NCBI RefSeq assembly: GCF_018350175.1
Contig: NC_058368.1
Location: forward strand, 15,688,001 to 15,752,000
Length of the DNA stretch: 64,000 bases
Direction of reading: 5' to 3'
Origin: Felis catus
Taxonomy: Eukaryota
The first letter of the stretch is position 1; every line of letters begins with the position of its first letter. Below are positions 38,631 to 50,899 of the stretch, piece after piece. A program made the translations under genes and the position numbers. Under the pieces are notes generated by a model. That model made no database searches. It saw nothing but the letters and a program-made list of their open reading frames with translations, and was not told the DNA's origin.

Positions 38631-40700
38631 TTAAAATTTCCCTTGAGACTTCTTCCTTCTTCAGTCCTTGTGTTATTTAGAAGTGTGCTGTTTAGTTTCC
38701 AAGTGTTCGGATGGAGATTTTCTTGTCATGTTTCTACTGTTGACTTCTAGTTTCATCTGTTGTTTGAAAGCACTCTGTGTTATTTCAGTTTATTCATTTG
38801 TTATGGTCTAAGATATGATCCATCTTGATATAGGTGGCATTTGAAGAGAATATATATTCTGCTGCTGTTGTGTGAAATTTTCTATAAATGTCTGTTAGAT
38901 CCTGTTGGTGGTGGTGTTTTCTATTTCTTGCTGATTTTATGTGTAGTTTTTTTTTTTTTTTAACATTTTTTTGGGGCACTTGGGTGGCTCAGTTGGTTGA
39001 GTGTCTGGCTTCGGCTCAGGTCATGATCACACGGTTCATGAGTTCGAGCCCTGCGTCGGGCTCCGTGGTGATAGCTCAGAGCCTGGAGTCTACTTTGGAT
39101 TCTGTGTCTCCCTCTCTCTCTGCCCCTCCCCCACTCATACTCTGTCGCTCCCTCAAAAATAAATAAACATTCAAAAAAATTAAAAAATGAATACAGGGAA
39201 CTGTTAGATCAATATATGCGTGTCCAAAGAACTGTTTCCATAGTTTAGTTTGAATTTTTGACCATTATTTCCTCAAGTACTTTCTCAGTCCTTCCAGGGA
39301 CTCTGATGATACAAATGCTAGATCTTTTTATTTTTATAGTTTCATCGGTTCCCAAGACATTTTTTTTTTTCATTTTGCTCTCTCTTGATCAGATTGAGTC
39401 ATTTCTGTTTATCTGTCTTTGAGTTTACTGACTCTTTCCTTCCTTGCCTTCATTCTACTGTTGAGTCCATCCACTGAGCTTTTAATTTCAGGTATTATAT
39501 TTTTCACTTCTAAAATTTCCATTTAGTTTTTAGTATCTTCTTTTTCTTCACTGAGATTCCGCCCCCCCCCCCCCCCCGAGGCTTTCTGTTTTTTCATTCA
39601 TTTTAAGCATGCTTGCAGATGCATTGTAGCATTTTTATGATGGTTGCTTTAAAATCATTGTCAGATAATCCTAACATTTTGGTAATCTCGGTGTTGGCAT
39701 CAGTTGATTGTTTTTATTCAAGTTGAGGTTTTCCTGGTTCTTGTTTTGACAAATTATTTTTTTTTTTTTTGGAAACCTGGACTTTTAAATTATATTCTTG
39801 GACTCTGGGTCTCATTTAAACTTTTTGTACTAGCTAGCTTTTTCCACCACAGGGGGAGGGGAACGTGTTTTGTTACATTGCCAGGTGGAGGTGTGAGTAC
39901 AGATTCCCCACTTGGCCCCTATTGATACCAAAGGGAAGGGGGTCTGCTTATTACTTTTGGAGGGAAGGGAGCTATAGCCACCTGGTCTTCATTGTGACTG
40001 TGGTAAGAGTGGTTTCATGACTGCTGGGCCACCAGAGGAAATGAGGCCTCCTCTGACACCATCTCAGTGAGGAGAGGGTGAAGCGGTTTGTTACTGCGGG
40101 GTGGGGTGGAAGAGAGGCTCCCTGGCTGGTCGCCACTGACGTCATGAGGTAGAGGAATCACTGCTAGCTGATGGGAATGAAAATCCTGCTCCCTACTTGG
40201 CCTTCTCTGACTTCACCTGGATAAGGGTGTTCAGCTGCCTTATTACAGCCTCGTGAGGATGTGAGTCTAGGCTCCCCATTCAGCCTTTGCTATTGTCAGC
40301 AAGGGTGGGGTCACCATTTTATTTTTCTGTAGTGTTTGATTGGAATGGACCAGTGACTGTTTTGCTGACCTTGCTCCTTTCTTGGTCCTTTGGAAAGAGA
40401 GAGAGGCATTTGAGGGAGTTTTGTTTTTTTTTTTTTTTGTCTGTGCCCATCAGCATTTTTAGGTGGCTCCTTGACCTCCAAGTCTGGGATATATGAGACA
40501 AAAAGAAAACCCAAGGGAGTCACCACCATGTCCATCCTTATGTCTCAAGGTCTCTACACAGTCTGCCTTCTTCTTGCACCTTTCAGAGTCTATTCATGTT
40601 TGTTGTATATATAATGTCCAGGGGTTTTATTTGTTCTTACAAATAAAAAAGAGAGAGAAAGGAAAAGTACATTTACTCTATCTTCCCAGAAGTGGGAATA
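35780..40700 (-). mobile_element. Block of old L1 fragments with nested Can-SINEs (37197-37415 -, 37804-38015 -, 38973-39188 +) and (TA)n at 38578-38622
   Basis: T-rich antisense L1 3'UTR/ORF2 motifs (tggcttatttcacttagcataatg; agagtggtgagaatgggcatccttgcctt). Confidence 0.85.
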
Positions 40701-40776
40701 CTTACTATAATTTTTATAGTCGTAGTGTCATTATCTTGATTTAGCTGGCCCTTCCATTAAAATGTTTGAGGAAATA

Positions 40777-40996
40777 TTTTTTTTTAATTTTTTTTAATGT
40801 TTATTTATTTTTGAGACAGAGAGAGACAGAGCATGAATGGGGGAGGGTCAGAGAGAGGGAGACACAGAATCTGAAACGGGCTCCAGGCTCTGAGCTGTCA
40901 GCACAGAGCCCGACGCGGGGCTCGAACTCACGGACCACGAGATTATGATCCGAGCCAAAGTTGGCCGCTTAACCGACTGAGCCACCCAGGCGCCCC
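40777..40996 (-). mobile_element. Can-SINE, TSD gaggaaatattt
   Basis: CpG-rich full-length copy. Confidence 0.95.
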
Positions 40997-41689
40997 GAGG
41001 AAATATTTCTTTAGGTCTCAAGGAATATAGTGAAAACTATAAATGAGTAGGACTGCTGTTCTTTTTTTTTTTTTTTTTTTTTTTTCAGAATGACAAAAAG
41101 CAAAAGGAACTGAGAGGATATAAACTATCTTCCCAGATGGAGGTGAATCTACTTTCATTGAAGTTGTATGTTGTGCATGGAGAGTCCCATAGAAATATAA
41201 TAATTTAGGGAAAATTGTCCTAATTTTGAACTGCAAAGATTTATTTGTGCTCAAAATATAACTGGCCCCTTGATTTTACATTTTTGGAATTGCTATATAA
41301 ATGCTTCACATTTTCTTTGCAAGTAGATTATTTGGGGGTAGATGCCGTTTAAATGTGGTACTGCTATCGATTTCCTCCTAATTGTATAATAAAGCCATCC
41401 AACAATGCTTGGAAGCTAGGCATTCAATATATATGCACTCACTGAGTGAAAGAGGGAATAAATGAGTGATTTATAAAAGAATTTTTTCTAAGGCCTTGAG
41501 GGTGTATATATCATTATTTTAAGGACTTGTACTTGCTCTTCAATTTTATTTTGGAGGATTCAAATTTAAATTCATACTCTGGTTGTTTCGGGCATGTTTG
41601 TCAGCACTATGGCTCTTGGGGCCCAGGTTTTACTGTCCCTACTCTCGTAGTGGAATGAGTTGCACTGACAATCACTTACCCTTTACCTT

Positions 41690-41731
<42 letters not shown>

Positions 41732-42033
41732 TATCTTATTAATGGAGACATTCATGGGTCAGAGAGGTAGTATACATATCTTCATTTCCTGGGACTATTT
41801 CTGAGGTGCATTGTGATACATCTCAGCTAAGGATCACTGCTGTCACTCTTGGTCCCTTCTCTGCCTTCAGTCCTTCCTGTAGGACTACCTTTTGATGTAG
41901 TACTAGAAGCAGGTTTCCGCTGATTACCATTGGAGCCCTTGCCCTACCCCATCAGACCCTCCTAGGTGGGGGAAGTTGCCCATAGCCTCCACCGCGGCTG
42001 CAGTGAGGTTTAGATCCACTGCTCATGTGCCTA

Positions 42034-42035
<2 letters not shown>

Positions 42036-42064
<29 letters not shown>

Positions 42065-42256
42065 GCATTTATTCATTTTTGAAAGGCAGAGAGAGACAGA
42101 GCGTGAATGAGGGAGGGGCAGAGAGGGGAAACACAGAATCTGAAGCAGGCTCCGAGCTGTCAGCATAGAGCCTGACTCGGGGCTTGAACTCACAGACCGC
42201 GACATCATGACCTGAGCCCAAGTCGGACGCTTAACTGACTGAACCACCCACACGCC
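42036..42256 (-). mobile_element. Can-SINE, TSD tgtgcctacctttt
   Basis: Long T tail and flanking duplication. Confidence 0.93.
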
Positions 42257-43539
42257 TTTGTGCCTACCTTTTCATTGGGATTCCTAGAGGCTGTGGGTAG
42301 AGATAGTTCCATGGCATTCCCACTTGGAAAATGGAAAACGATTTCTCCACATTGCAAAGCATGGTTAGGTATTACTGCAGACCGGTACAGAGTAGTTCAG
42401 GTGTGTTATAGGCTTGCTATACATCTTTCAGATTGCTGTAAGGACTTAACCATATTTTTTAATATTATTTTTCACGGGAAACACCTTATAGGTTTCAAAC
42501 AACTGATTTGTAAGCTGGCTTTGGTTTATAAGTTGAAGACAGGCTGAATGCTTCCAGGTATGTGGTGCTGCAGGTAAGATTTGCAGGCATCGTGCCCTTA
42601 AAATGCAAAGTCTTCAAAATGTCAGGATAGGATCTGTTTTGCTTGCATATCTAGAGCACTCTATCACTGTATCAAGGGATCCTGGGATGAGTTTCAAAAA
42701 ATGTGTATGTTATATATATATATGTGTGTGTGTTTTATATACATACATATATAACATATGTAATATATATATATGTATATGTATATATACACACACATGT
42801 ATATATATAGCGTGCAAAAAGACCACCTGGATTGGATCAAATCTGTAAAGATACTTCTTTTTTTGTGACCATCAAAATACTACCTGGAGTTTTATTCAAA
42901 AACAGTGAATTACAAATGTATTACTTCATAGAGCCCTTTATTGGATTGATATAATGAAATCATTAATTTGTAGATTTGATGGATTTTGAGATTGTGCAAA
43001 AACAAAACAGCCTACTAGACTATTACTTCAGGGGATTTAGCTATTAATAAAATGGAGAAACTCATTCCTGTAATTTTTTTTTTTTGACAAATGAATTGAA
43101 ATGGTGGCATTATCTAACCATTTCAGAAACCTTTATTGAAAAACCACAATTTAGGATGCTGTGGAGACACACAAATAAAATAAAAGGCAAGGTTTCTGCT
43201 CGTAAGGAAATCGTAATTGAATAAAGAAAATGGAAAATAGAACTGAGAATCAACCACGAATGGTGGAAAGACACAAGATTGTAGACATTGAATTACGGGT
43301 GTCAAGAAACACACTGTTGTCCTGATACAATCTCAAGTGAAACTACATATGTAAATATTATGTAAGAACAAGTCAGAAGGTACAAAGTGAATGGTCAGGT
43401 TATCTGCATGTAATAAACTTATCCTCTCAGTTTTAATCCTACCTCACCATCCTTTATGTTTCCTATTTTTTATTCAGTAGAAGCACAACTCCTGGCTACC
43501 TGTGGGACCATGGACAAATCCCTTGCCTAATCCTACTTA

Positions 43540-43765
43540 TTTTTTTCTTTTAGCTTTTTAATGTTTATTTTTGAGAGTGACAGAGAGACAAAGCATGAGC
43601 AGGATAGGGGGGATGGTACAGAGAAAGGGAGACACAGAATCTGAAGCAGTCTCCAGGCTCTGAGCTGTCAGCACGGAGCCCGATGCAGGGCTTGAACTCA
43701 GGAACTGTGAGATCGTGACCTGAGCCAAAGTTGGACGCTCAACTGACCGAGCCACCCAAGCACCC
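43540..43765 (-). mobile_element. Can-SINE with 25-bp flanking duplication
   Basis: atcccttgcctaatcctacttattt on both sides. Confidence 0.93.
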
Positions 43766-44154
43766 TATCCCTTGCCTAATCCTACTTATTTCTGAAATGT
43801 AATTATTCCTATTGATAGATTTACTTGATCAGAGAAACTAATGCATGTAACATTTTTATCACACTTTCTTATATATAGGGAAAATAATAGCCGATAGTTT
43901 CACTTTTGCTGTGGCTGCTTGTTATTTTTTTTGAGCAGGTTCTGAAATGTCAACAAGTCAAACTATGTTTTCTCTTACAGTGTGCTTCAGATTCTATAGT
44001 ATGCTGTTAACCTAGGTGAATCTGGGCTTAGATGGGTAAATTGGCATCAAGATCAGAAACCTTTCTAAATAGTGTTCCTGGATGAACTACATAAAAGTAT
44101 TGATACTTCCCCTCAAAATCCTATTATTCTTTAAATATGCATTTTTATCACTAG

Positions 44155-44636
44155 CTTGCAAAGAGCATATTGCAGGTTTGGTTGCAGACCACTGCAATAA
44201 AGCAAATGCAGTAAAATCAGTCAAATGAGTTTAGTTTCCCACTGCATATAATAGTTATTATGTTTACACTATTCTGTAGTCCGTTAAAGAGGGTAATAGC
44301 ATTCTATTTAAAAAGGGTACATACTTTAATCCAAAATTACCTCATTGCTAAGAAGTGCTAACCATCATCTGAGTTTTCAGTGAGAATTACCAAAATGCGA
44401 CACAGAGACATGGACTGAATTTTCAGTGAGTCGTAATCACTGATTACGATAACAAAGACAATAATGAAACATTTTGAAATATTGTGAGAATTACCAAAAT
44501 GTGACACAGAGACATGGACTGAGCAAATGCTGAAGAAAATGGCACCAGGACTTGCTTGGCACAGGGTGACCAAACCTTTCATTTGTAAAAACAATGAAGT
44601 ATCTGTGAAGTGCAATAAAATGAGCTATGCCTGTAA
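44155..44636 (-). mobile_element. Internally deleted Tigger1-like (TcMar) DNA transposon
   Basis: Reverse complement begins ta|caggcatagctcattttattgcacttcacagatac, matching the Tigger1 terminus. The other end has gcaggtttggttgcagaccactgcaataaagc. Confidence 0.82.
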
Positions 44637-45094
44637 ATTATTTTATTTTTATTTAGTTTCATTAAGGATCTTATTTTTGGTTCAGGTTTGTACTTTTACA
44701 CTCTTCGTAAATGCTCAGTCATTCTTCTACAATTGGCTTTCTATCATTTCTACTTGCATAAGCCTTGCTTTGTTCTCTTAAGTGACTTAAATGCTCTTAA
44801 AATCTGGTGGTAAATGAAGTTTGTTTATTCACGTAATCAGCATTAAGTGTCTACTATATACTAAGTACTGTGCTGGCATACTAATTTGAGTAAGAAATGG
44901 TTTCTGTTTTCAAGGGGCTTATTGTCTACTGCAGATGTGATAATATCACTGTTGCTGAAATTACTGGGGAGGAGTCATTTTTTAGCTTATTTTAAACTTT
45001 TCCACTTAAGTTTTGTCTTTAAAATGTTATAGTTAGTGTACTTCTGAAAGTTTCTATTTAGGTATCTCCAATTTTCATACCTTCAGAAACTGAG

Positions 45095-45312
45095 GTAGGA
45101 TAGCCATTAGAGTGTAGGCTTTGGACCCAGACGACATGGGCTAGAATCACAGCTCCACTAGTTCCTAGCTGTGCGACCTTGAGTGAGTAACTACTTTATA
45201 CCTGTTTCCTCTTCCATTGTAAAAGTTAAGTGAATCATGATATACACCAGATGCTTAGAACAGTGGCAGGCATACAGTAACCACTCAATAAATGTTAGAT
45301 ATTGTTATTAGT
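45095..45312. mobile_element. MIR-like fragment
   Basis: gaatcacagctccactagttcctagctgtgcgaccttgag...ctcaataaatgttag. Confidence 0.7.
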
Positions 45313-45451
45313 TTCTCTAAAACATCAGAAATAATCTAATTCTGAGTTTTAGGGGTAAATTATTGTACAATTGCTATTCATTAGTCTTGATAGTATCTCA
45401 AAAACACAGGCTTCTGATGTTAAGTATATGCATTTATCAATATTAGAAAAC

Positions 45452-45783
45452 TTTTTTTTTTTTTTTTAATAATCTCTACACCCAACATGGGGCTTGAACT
45501 CATGACCCTGAGATCAAGAGTTGCATGCTTTACCAACTGAGCCAGCCAGGTGCCCCCAAAACTTTCTCTTTTTTATAAAGAATTTTCAATTTCTAGTAAC
45601 ATGAACTCAAGAGCAAGGTGTTGCCAGGAAGTAAGAAAATAAGTGCAATATATGTAAGTAAAATTGGGGAAGAGAGATGTAAAGACCATATAAGGAAGCA
45701 GATGCCTTGGTGAGAGAGCCTATATCCTTCCTTTAAATTTTTTTTGAAGTTTATTTATTTTGAGAGTGAAAAAGAGAGAGAGA

Positions 45784-45830
<47 letters not shown>

Positions 45831-45956
45831 GCCAAGCAGGCTCCACACTGTCAGCGTGGAGCCTAACGTGGAGCTCGAACTCATGAACTGTAAGATCATG
45901 ACCTGAGCCAAAGTGAAGATTCGGGATGCTTAACAGCCTGAACCACCCAGGTGCCC
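45452..45956 (-). mobile_element. Two Can-SINEs (45452-45557 short type; 45738-45956)
   Basis: Recognisable heads. The second has TSD tatatcctt(c/t)cttta. Confidence 0.9.
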
Positions 45957-46336
45957 TATATCCTTTCTTTAACATACAATTTCCTAGTGTTTTATAAGTT
46001 GGAATATGGGCTTAATACTAATAAGTTTGCATATATTTAAACATATGCCAATTTTATTTTTAAATCTCTGAGCACAGGTATATGATTATGGTTTATATTT
46101 AAATTCATGAGAATTATGCAGGTAGAATAACTGCTTCTCTCTTCTGCTTAAAAGTTATATTTCTCAGAATCATAATGATAATGAGAATCAATAAACAAAA
46201 CTGCTGAAGCAGAGGAAAATCTTTGTTACGAACACCTTAATTTTTTTTTTTTGGGGGGGTTCAAAAGAGGTATAAACATTTTTAGTTATGACAGTTACTT
46301 CTTTAAAAATTATCAAAAGGCAGGCAAGGGCATAGG

Positions 46337-46353
46337 TTTATTCCAGGTTTATT
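46337..46353 (-). terminator. ALG5: Two AATAAA polyadenylation signals of ALG5
   Basis: tttatt on + at 46337-46342 and 46348-46353, about 70-80 nt after the stop codon. Confidence 0.8.
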
Positions 46354-46419
46354 TAAAATTTTAATTTCCGGTGAAATAACGTGACACTGATACATAAGAA
46401 TACAAAGACGGCAAGTAAC

Positions 46420-46535
46420 CTAATTCATCTTCCTGGTTTGCTCAAGCCTCCAGGCACCAGTCAAATATCGAAGTCGTATAAAAAGTAGGTCCTTGCCCAT
46501 TTGTAGCCAGCTCCAAAATGGAACTAATTTAGAAC
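46420..46535 (-). CDS. ALG5: ALG5 terminal coding exon (exon 10), (G)SKLVPFWSWLQMGKDLLFIRLRYLTGAWRLEQTRKMN*
   Basis: cacAG|GTTCTAAA. 116 nt ending in TAG at 46420-46422. Matches the recalled ALG5 C-terminus. Confidence 0.97.
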
Positions 46536-48668
46536 CTGTGATTTAAAAATAATTAAAAAGTAATTAACTTAAATAAACTCTGGAGAAAATATATCAGTGT
46601 GAAATTATATTTTAGAAGTCAGTCTACATGACCTTTGTGAGCTTCTAGTCACCTTATTTTTTATATTAGGTATGTATGCATGTAATTATGTATATGTGTA
46701 TATATTTAATTCCATCTATACATTTAAAAATGTTTTTTGGGGTGTATTTTTTTTTTTTGTTTTACATGCTACTTTTCAGTCTCATGTACTATAAAGAAAC
46801 AGGTACATCTCCACATGTAATATAAATTAATAATCTGGGAGAAGAAATATAAGACAAAAACTCACTTTTTATTCTAATTCTACCAAAGACTCTTCAGTTA
46901 GCTAAGATAAATAATATCTTAGCTACGACATCTTCTTCCAGTGGTTGCTAAGAGGCAGTATGCCAACCCTAGTTGACTACAGGAGATCTGCCTCCTGGAG
47001 CATGTTTTAAAAGCTTGTATTCCTTGATTTTATCCCATAGAACTGTTTTTTCAGTAAGTCAAAAATAGATTGCAGGTCAGGTAACGAGTGCGAGGTGGTA
47101 AACTGTCACGGACTGATTGGTGACAATTTTCCACATTTAAGCCCAAATACTCTGGCTTCTTCCTGTTTTTCTTTCTTTTTTCCCCCAAATTTTGAGGTAG
47201 AGTTGGCAAAATTGAAATATATTTAAAGTGTTGAATGTAAGGATTTGATATATATACATATATATAAACACACATACACTTACATACACATACTGTGAAA
47301 TGCTTACCACAATTAAGTTAATTAACACAGTTAATTAACATATCCACCTTAATTTTATTTGTATCATTTACAAAAGAAACATCTTCAAAGCTGAAGTGAG
47401 TGGTTTCTCTAATAACAACAAAAGTAAAACATCTTGGAAGTGAAATTAAACTGGGAAGGATCTAAATTGTGGAAATTTTGGATGGCCCTATTATAGGGAG
47501 GAGGCACTGAGTATATATGGCCGACAATTCTGGGAACGATTGATACAAAACCGCTCATTGAGTGCCGGTTAATGAAAAATAATACACAACTATCTCTGAA
47601 ATGCAAATGAACAAATGATATAAATATGAAACCCATTTTTACTTTTCCCCACTTCAACTTCCTACAGAGTCTATGCTGGGCATAAATCAACACAGATCAA
47701 CACAACAGATCTTACAAATCTGAGCAATCTTTTACCAGCTTCTCAATCCCCTTTGATCTAGGTAGCTACTGCAGAGAGTACTAAAATTTTTGTAAGCTAA
47801 GTTTGATTCAGCAAGACTCCAAGACGTTTGCATTTGTTCTGTACTGTATAGTTTGTATGATCCCCAGACTGCTTCTTAACCTTTTCCTGTCCCTAAACAT
47901 CCACGGTTACATAACAGTCATGGTATACTGCAACAGTGACTTTCTGAGAGGAGGCCATGCTCAGCAGAGGAGGAAGGACTCAGTTGAAAAATCTCCACTT
48001 GAATGGTAAGTGCGCCCACACTGTGAATTAACTTAGGGGCATTGTAAGGTAAGCAAAGGAGAAAACTAGAATATTTTTTACGTTCTACAATATAAGCTTT
48101 CAAAGCTTTTTCAAACAGGAATTATTAAGATTTCTGATAGATTTCACATTATTTGAGATCTTAGAGATTTTCACATTTTTGGATATATGTACAGATACCA
48201 GTTAAAGACTGGCTCTGAATGGATGTGGACATTTGCGGTAAAAACAACTATAGTTCCTTATTAAGCTCTGCATGGTGGCTTGTAGGTAATCAATACCTAC
48301 TGAGTAATGAAGTAAGACAATATTAAAAAAAAGATGACACAAAATTTATCTTAAAAGACTTACCAACTTTCTTCTAACCTCAGATTACCATGATCTTGTC
48401 TGCTGTAGAAGTTTTACTGAATTCTACAGTGGGGTAGGGTAGTAGGCCTATTGAAGCCCCCAGGAGGTGACTGCAAGGATAGAGAAGGTTGTGTGCCGTC
48501 TGGAGGGTGGAGGGGATTAGTAGCCAGAACTCTACACAACCACGTCCGAGTCAAGCCAGCTGAGGAGGTCTTGAAGGGGGCAGCCAGTTAAGTTTACTGG
48601 ACTACTGTATTGTCTCCTATCTCCCCACCCCCACCTAGGATCAGCCGTAACATCAACAATATACTCAC

Positions 48669-48754
48669 CTTCAATTTCGGTCCAGTTGACAGCAATTTCT
48701 GCTATTGGAATTTTAAAGAACTGTGCTATGTAAAGCAGTTCTACATCAAATGCC
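48669..48754 (-). CDS. ALG5: ALG5 coding exon (exon 9), 86 nt, (W)AFDVELLYIAQFFKIPIAEIAVNWTEIE(G)
   Basis: ttttctgtttcAG|GGCATTT...GAAG|GTgagt. Completes the TG+G Trp codon from exon 8. FDVE motif present. Confidence 0.97.
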
Positions 48755-49225
48755 CTGAAACAGAAAATATATTGATTTTTATTTTTAAAAAGAGAGAGAG
48801 AGTGTAATTAAATCTCTACTTTGGCATGTTTTAAAGAAGCTTAAAAGGCAGATATAGAGCTTATATAGTAAAACTGAAAGATTCACAGAAGGTCAAACAA
48901 AAGGTTAAGTAGTTCAGGAGCTTCAAGGTCAATAATTTAGTGTGTCATTGCATAACAGTTAAATGAGAAATATGGTGTCTCCATCACAAGTCAGAAACCC
49001 CCAGAGGTAAAAAAGGCCGCTTGGGCTCTGAGAAAATTTAATCATGGAAATTTTTCAAAATCGATTGCTTTCAATCCCACGCTTCACTACCTCAAGGTAC
49101 AGAACTCATAGCATTTTCAACTGATTCAGAGAGTTGATAAAACAGAACTCTGAGCAGCTCTTAGAGAAAATGTCCATCACTTAAGAGTTGTTTGATTTCA
49201 TTCATCTACCACCAGAGGATCACGG

Positions 49226-49455
49226 TTTCTTTTCTTTCTTTTTTTTTTTTTTTTCAAGTTTGTTTATTTTTGAGAGAGAGAGAGAGACAGAGCATAAGTG
49301 GGGAGGGGCAGACGGAGAGGAAGACAGGATCCAAAGCAGGCTCCAGGCTCTGGGCTGTCAGCACAGAGCCCAGTGTGAGGCTCAAACCCACGAACCATGA
49401 GATCATGACCTGAGCCCAAGTTGGATACTTCACTGACTGAGCCACCCAGGCGCCC
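49226..49455 (-). mobile_element. Can-SINE in ALG5 intron 8
   Basis: Full-length copy. Confidence 0.93.
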
Positions 49456-50899
49456 TAAGGTTTCTTTTTTAAATACATGGTTCACTAGGGCCTTGTTTTC
49501 TCCTTTGCCCTTCCTCATACGTCCTGGGCAATATAGTACTGCCAGCTGTTGAAAGTAAAAAGCCACTTTAGTCTGAAATGCTCTTTGGGTATAACTAAAT
49601 ATATACATGGGAATTCGATATATTGTCTCATTTTCACTTAACCATGTTAAAATCATCTCCAGAAGCTCCTCCTCAGTGGTTTAGGTCAAATCTGCTTTCC
49701 CTAGTTTCTGCATCTTGACTTCGAAATTTTCCTGGATTCTGCTTACAAAATTCTTGAGGCCAGTTTCCTCCTCTCACTGGCAGTGAGCTCGGGGAGAGCA
49801 GCACCATCACCTGCTAAACCTTCTTCACGCTCTGGTAACTGAAAGCGCTCGAGTCCTTCACAGCTTTGCTTTCCTCTTGAGCCATTAAGCCCCGCTTTCT
49901 GGACTGCATGGAACACACTTCGGACTTCCAGGGGGTTGGTTTTAAAATATTAGCACAAACACGAAAATATCTAAAACCCACTTCTGCTTGATTTCCCGGA
50001 TTTCAGACAACTTGAATTTGGGAGTTCTGTCTTCTTGGCCACAAAACTGTGACTGTCCACTGTGTGACTTGTTTAAATCCCAAGTGTTTGGATAAGTGAA
50101 TATGAAAACGTTTAAAAAAAAAAAAAACATGTAATGCTTTTTCTTATCCTAATAAAATATTTACTTAAGATGATAAAACCATCTACAGAGGCGTTCCTTG
50201 TGTTGTTAAAAGGACTGTGTAAAACTTCTGTTAACTAGCATGGGACACTCACAAAAGGAGGAAATTTTATGAATATTAAACCTGGTTAACCCTTAACCCT
50301 CCCCTTTAACACAAAACCAAAAAATACCCAAAAGGTTGAGTTGGTTCTAATGATATGCAATAATTTGAACACGATTATTAAATACTGTTCTAAGGATATC
50401 AGCATATGATGACTTATCAAAGATGCAAAACAACATAAGAATGATGAGTGGAAAGGAGTGGGGAAAAAGAAGCACGGATTAACTGAAATTATATTTACAA
50501 AAAAACCTTGTAAGGACTATTCATCTTCTATTACTTTTACTATATCCTTCTCTTTTAACATTTTAAAAGACACGAAGATGTTTGCTTAAAAAGAAATTTC
50601 CAGTTCACATCACCATAAGAGACCAATCTGTCACCAGAGCAAACATAACTGAAATACCAAGTACTTCTGGATAGAATCTCACGCTATGGCACATAAGCAG
50701 TATAAGGGTCACTCTCCATCTCCGATGCCTTCACGTGTTTTCACAAATGCGGGAGGGCAGAGCCACTGTTTTCTTTTGTTACTCAGTTCCTCGTATAGCT
50801 GTGACCTCACAGATCTATTCCTGAAGAACAAAGGGCGTGTTGATACTCTTTTAAACACACCAGGCACACATGTCCTCTACTGCTCCCTCCTGAAGTCCC

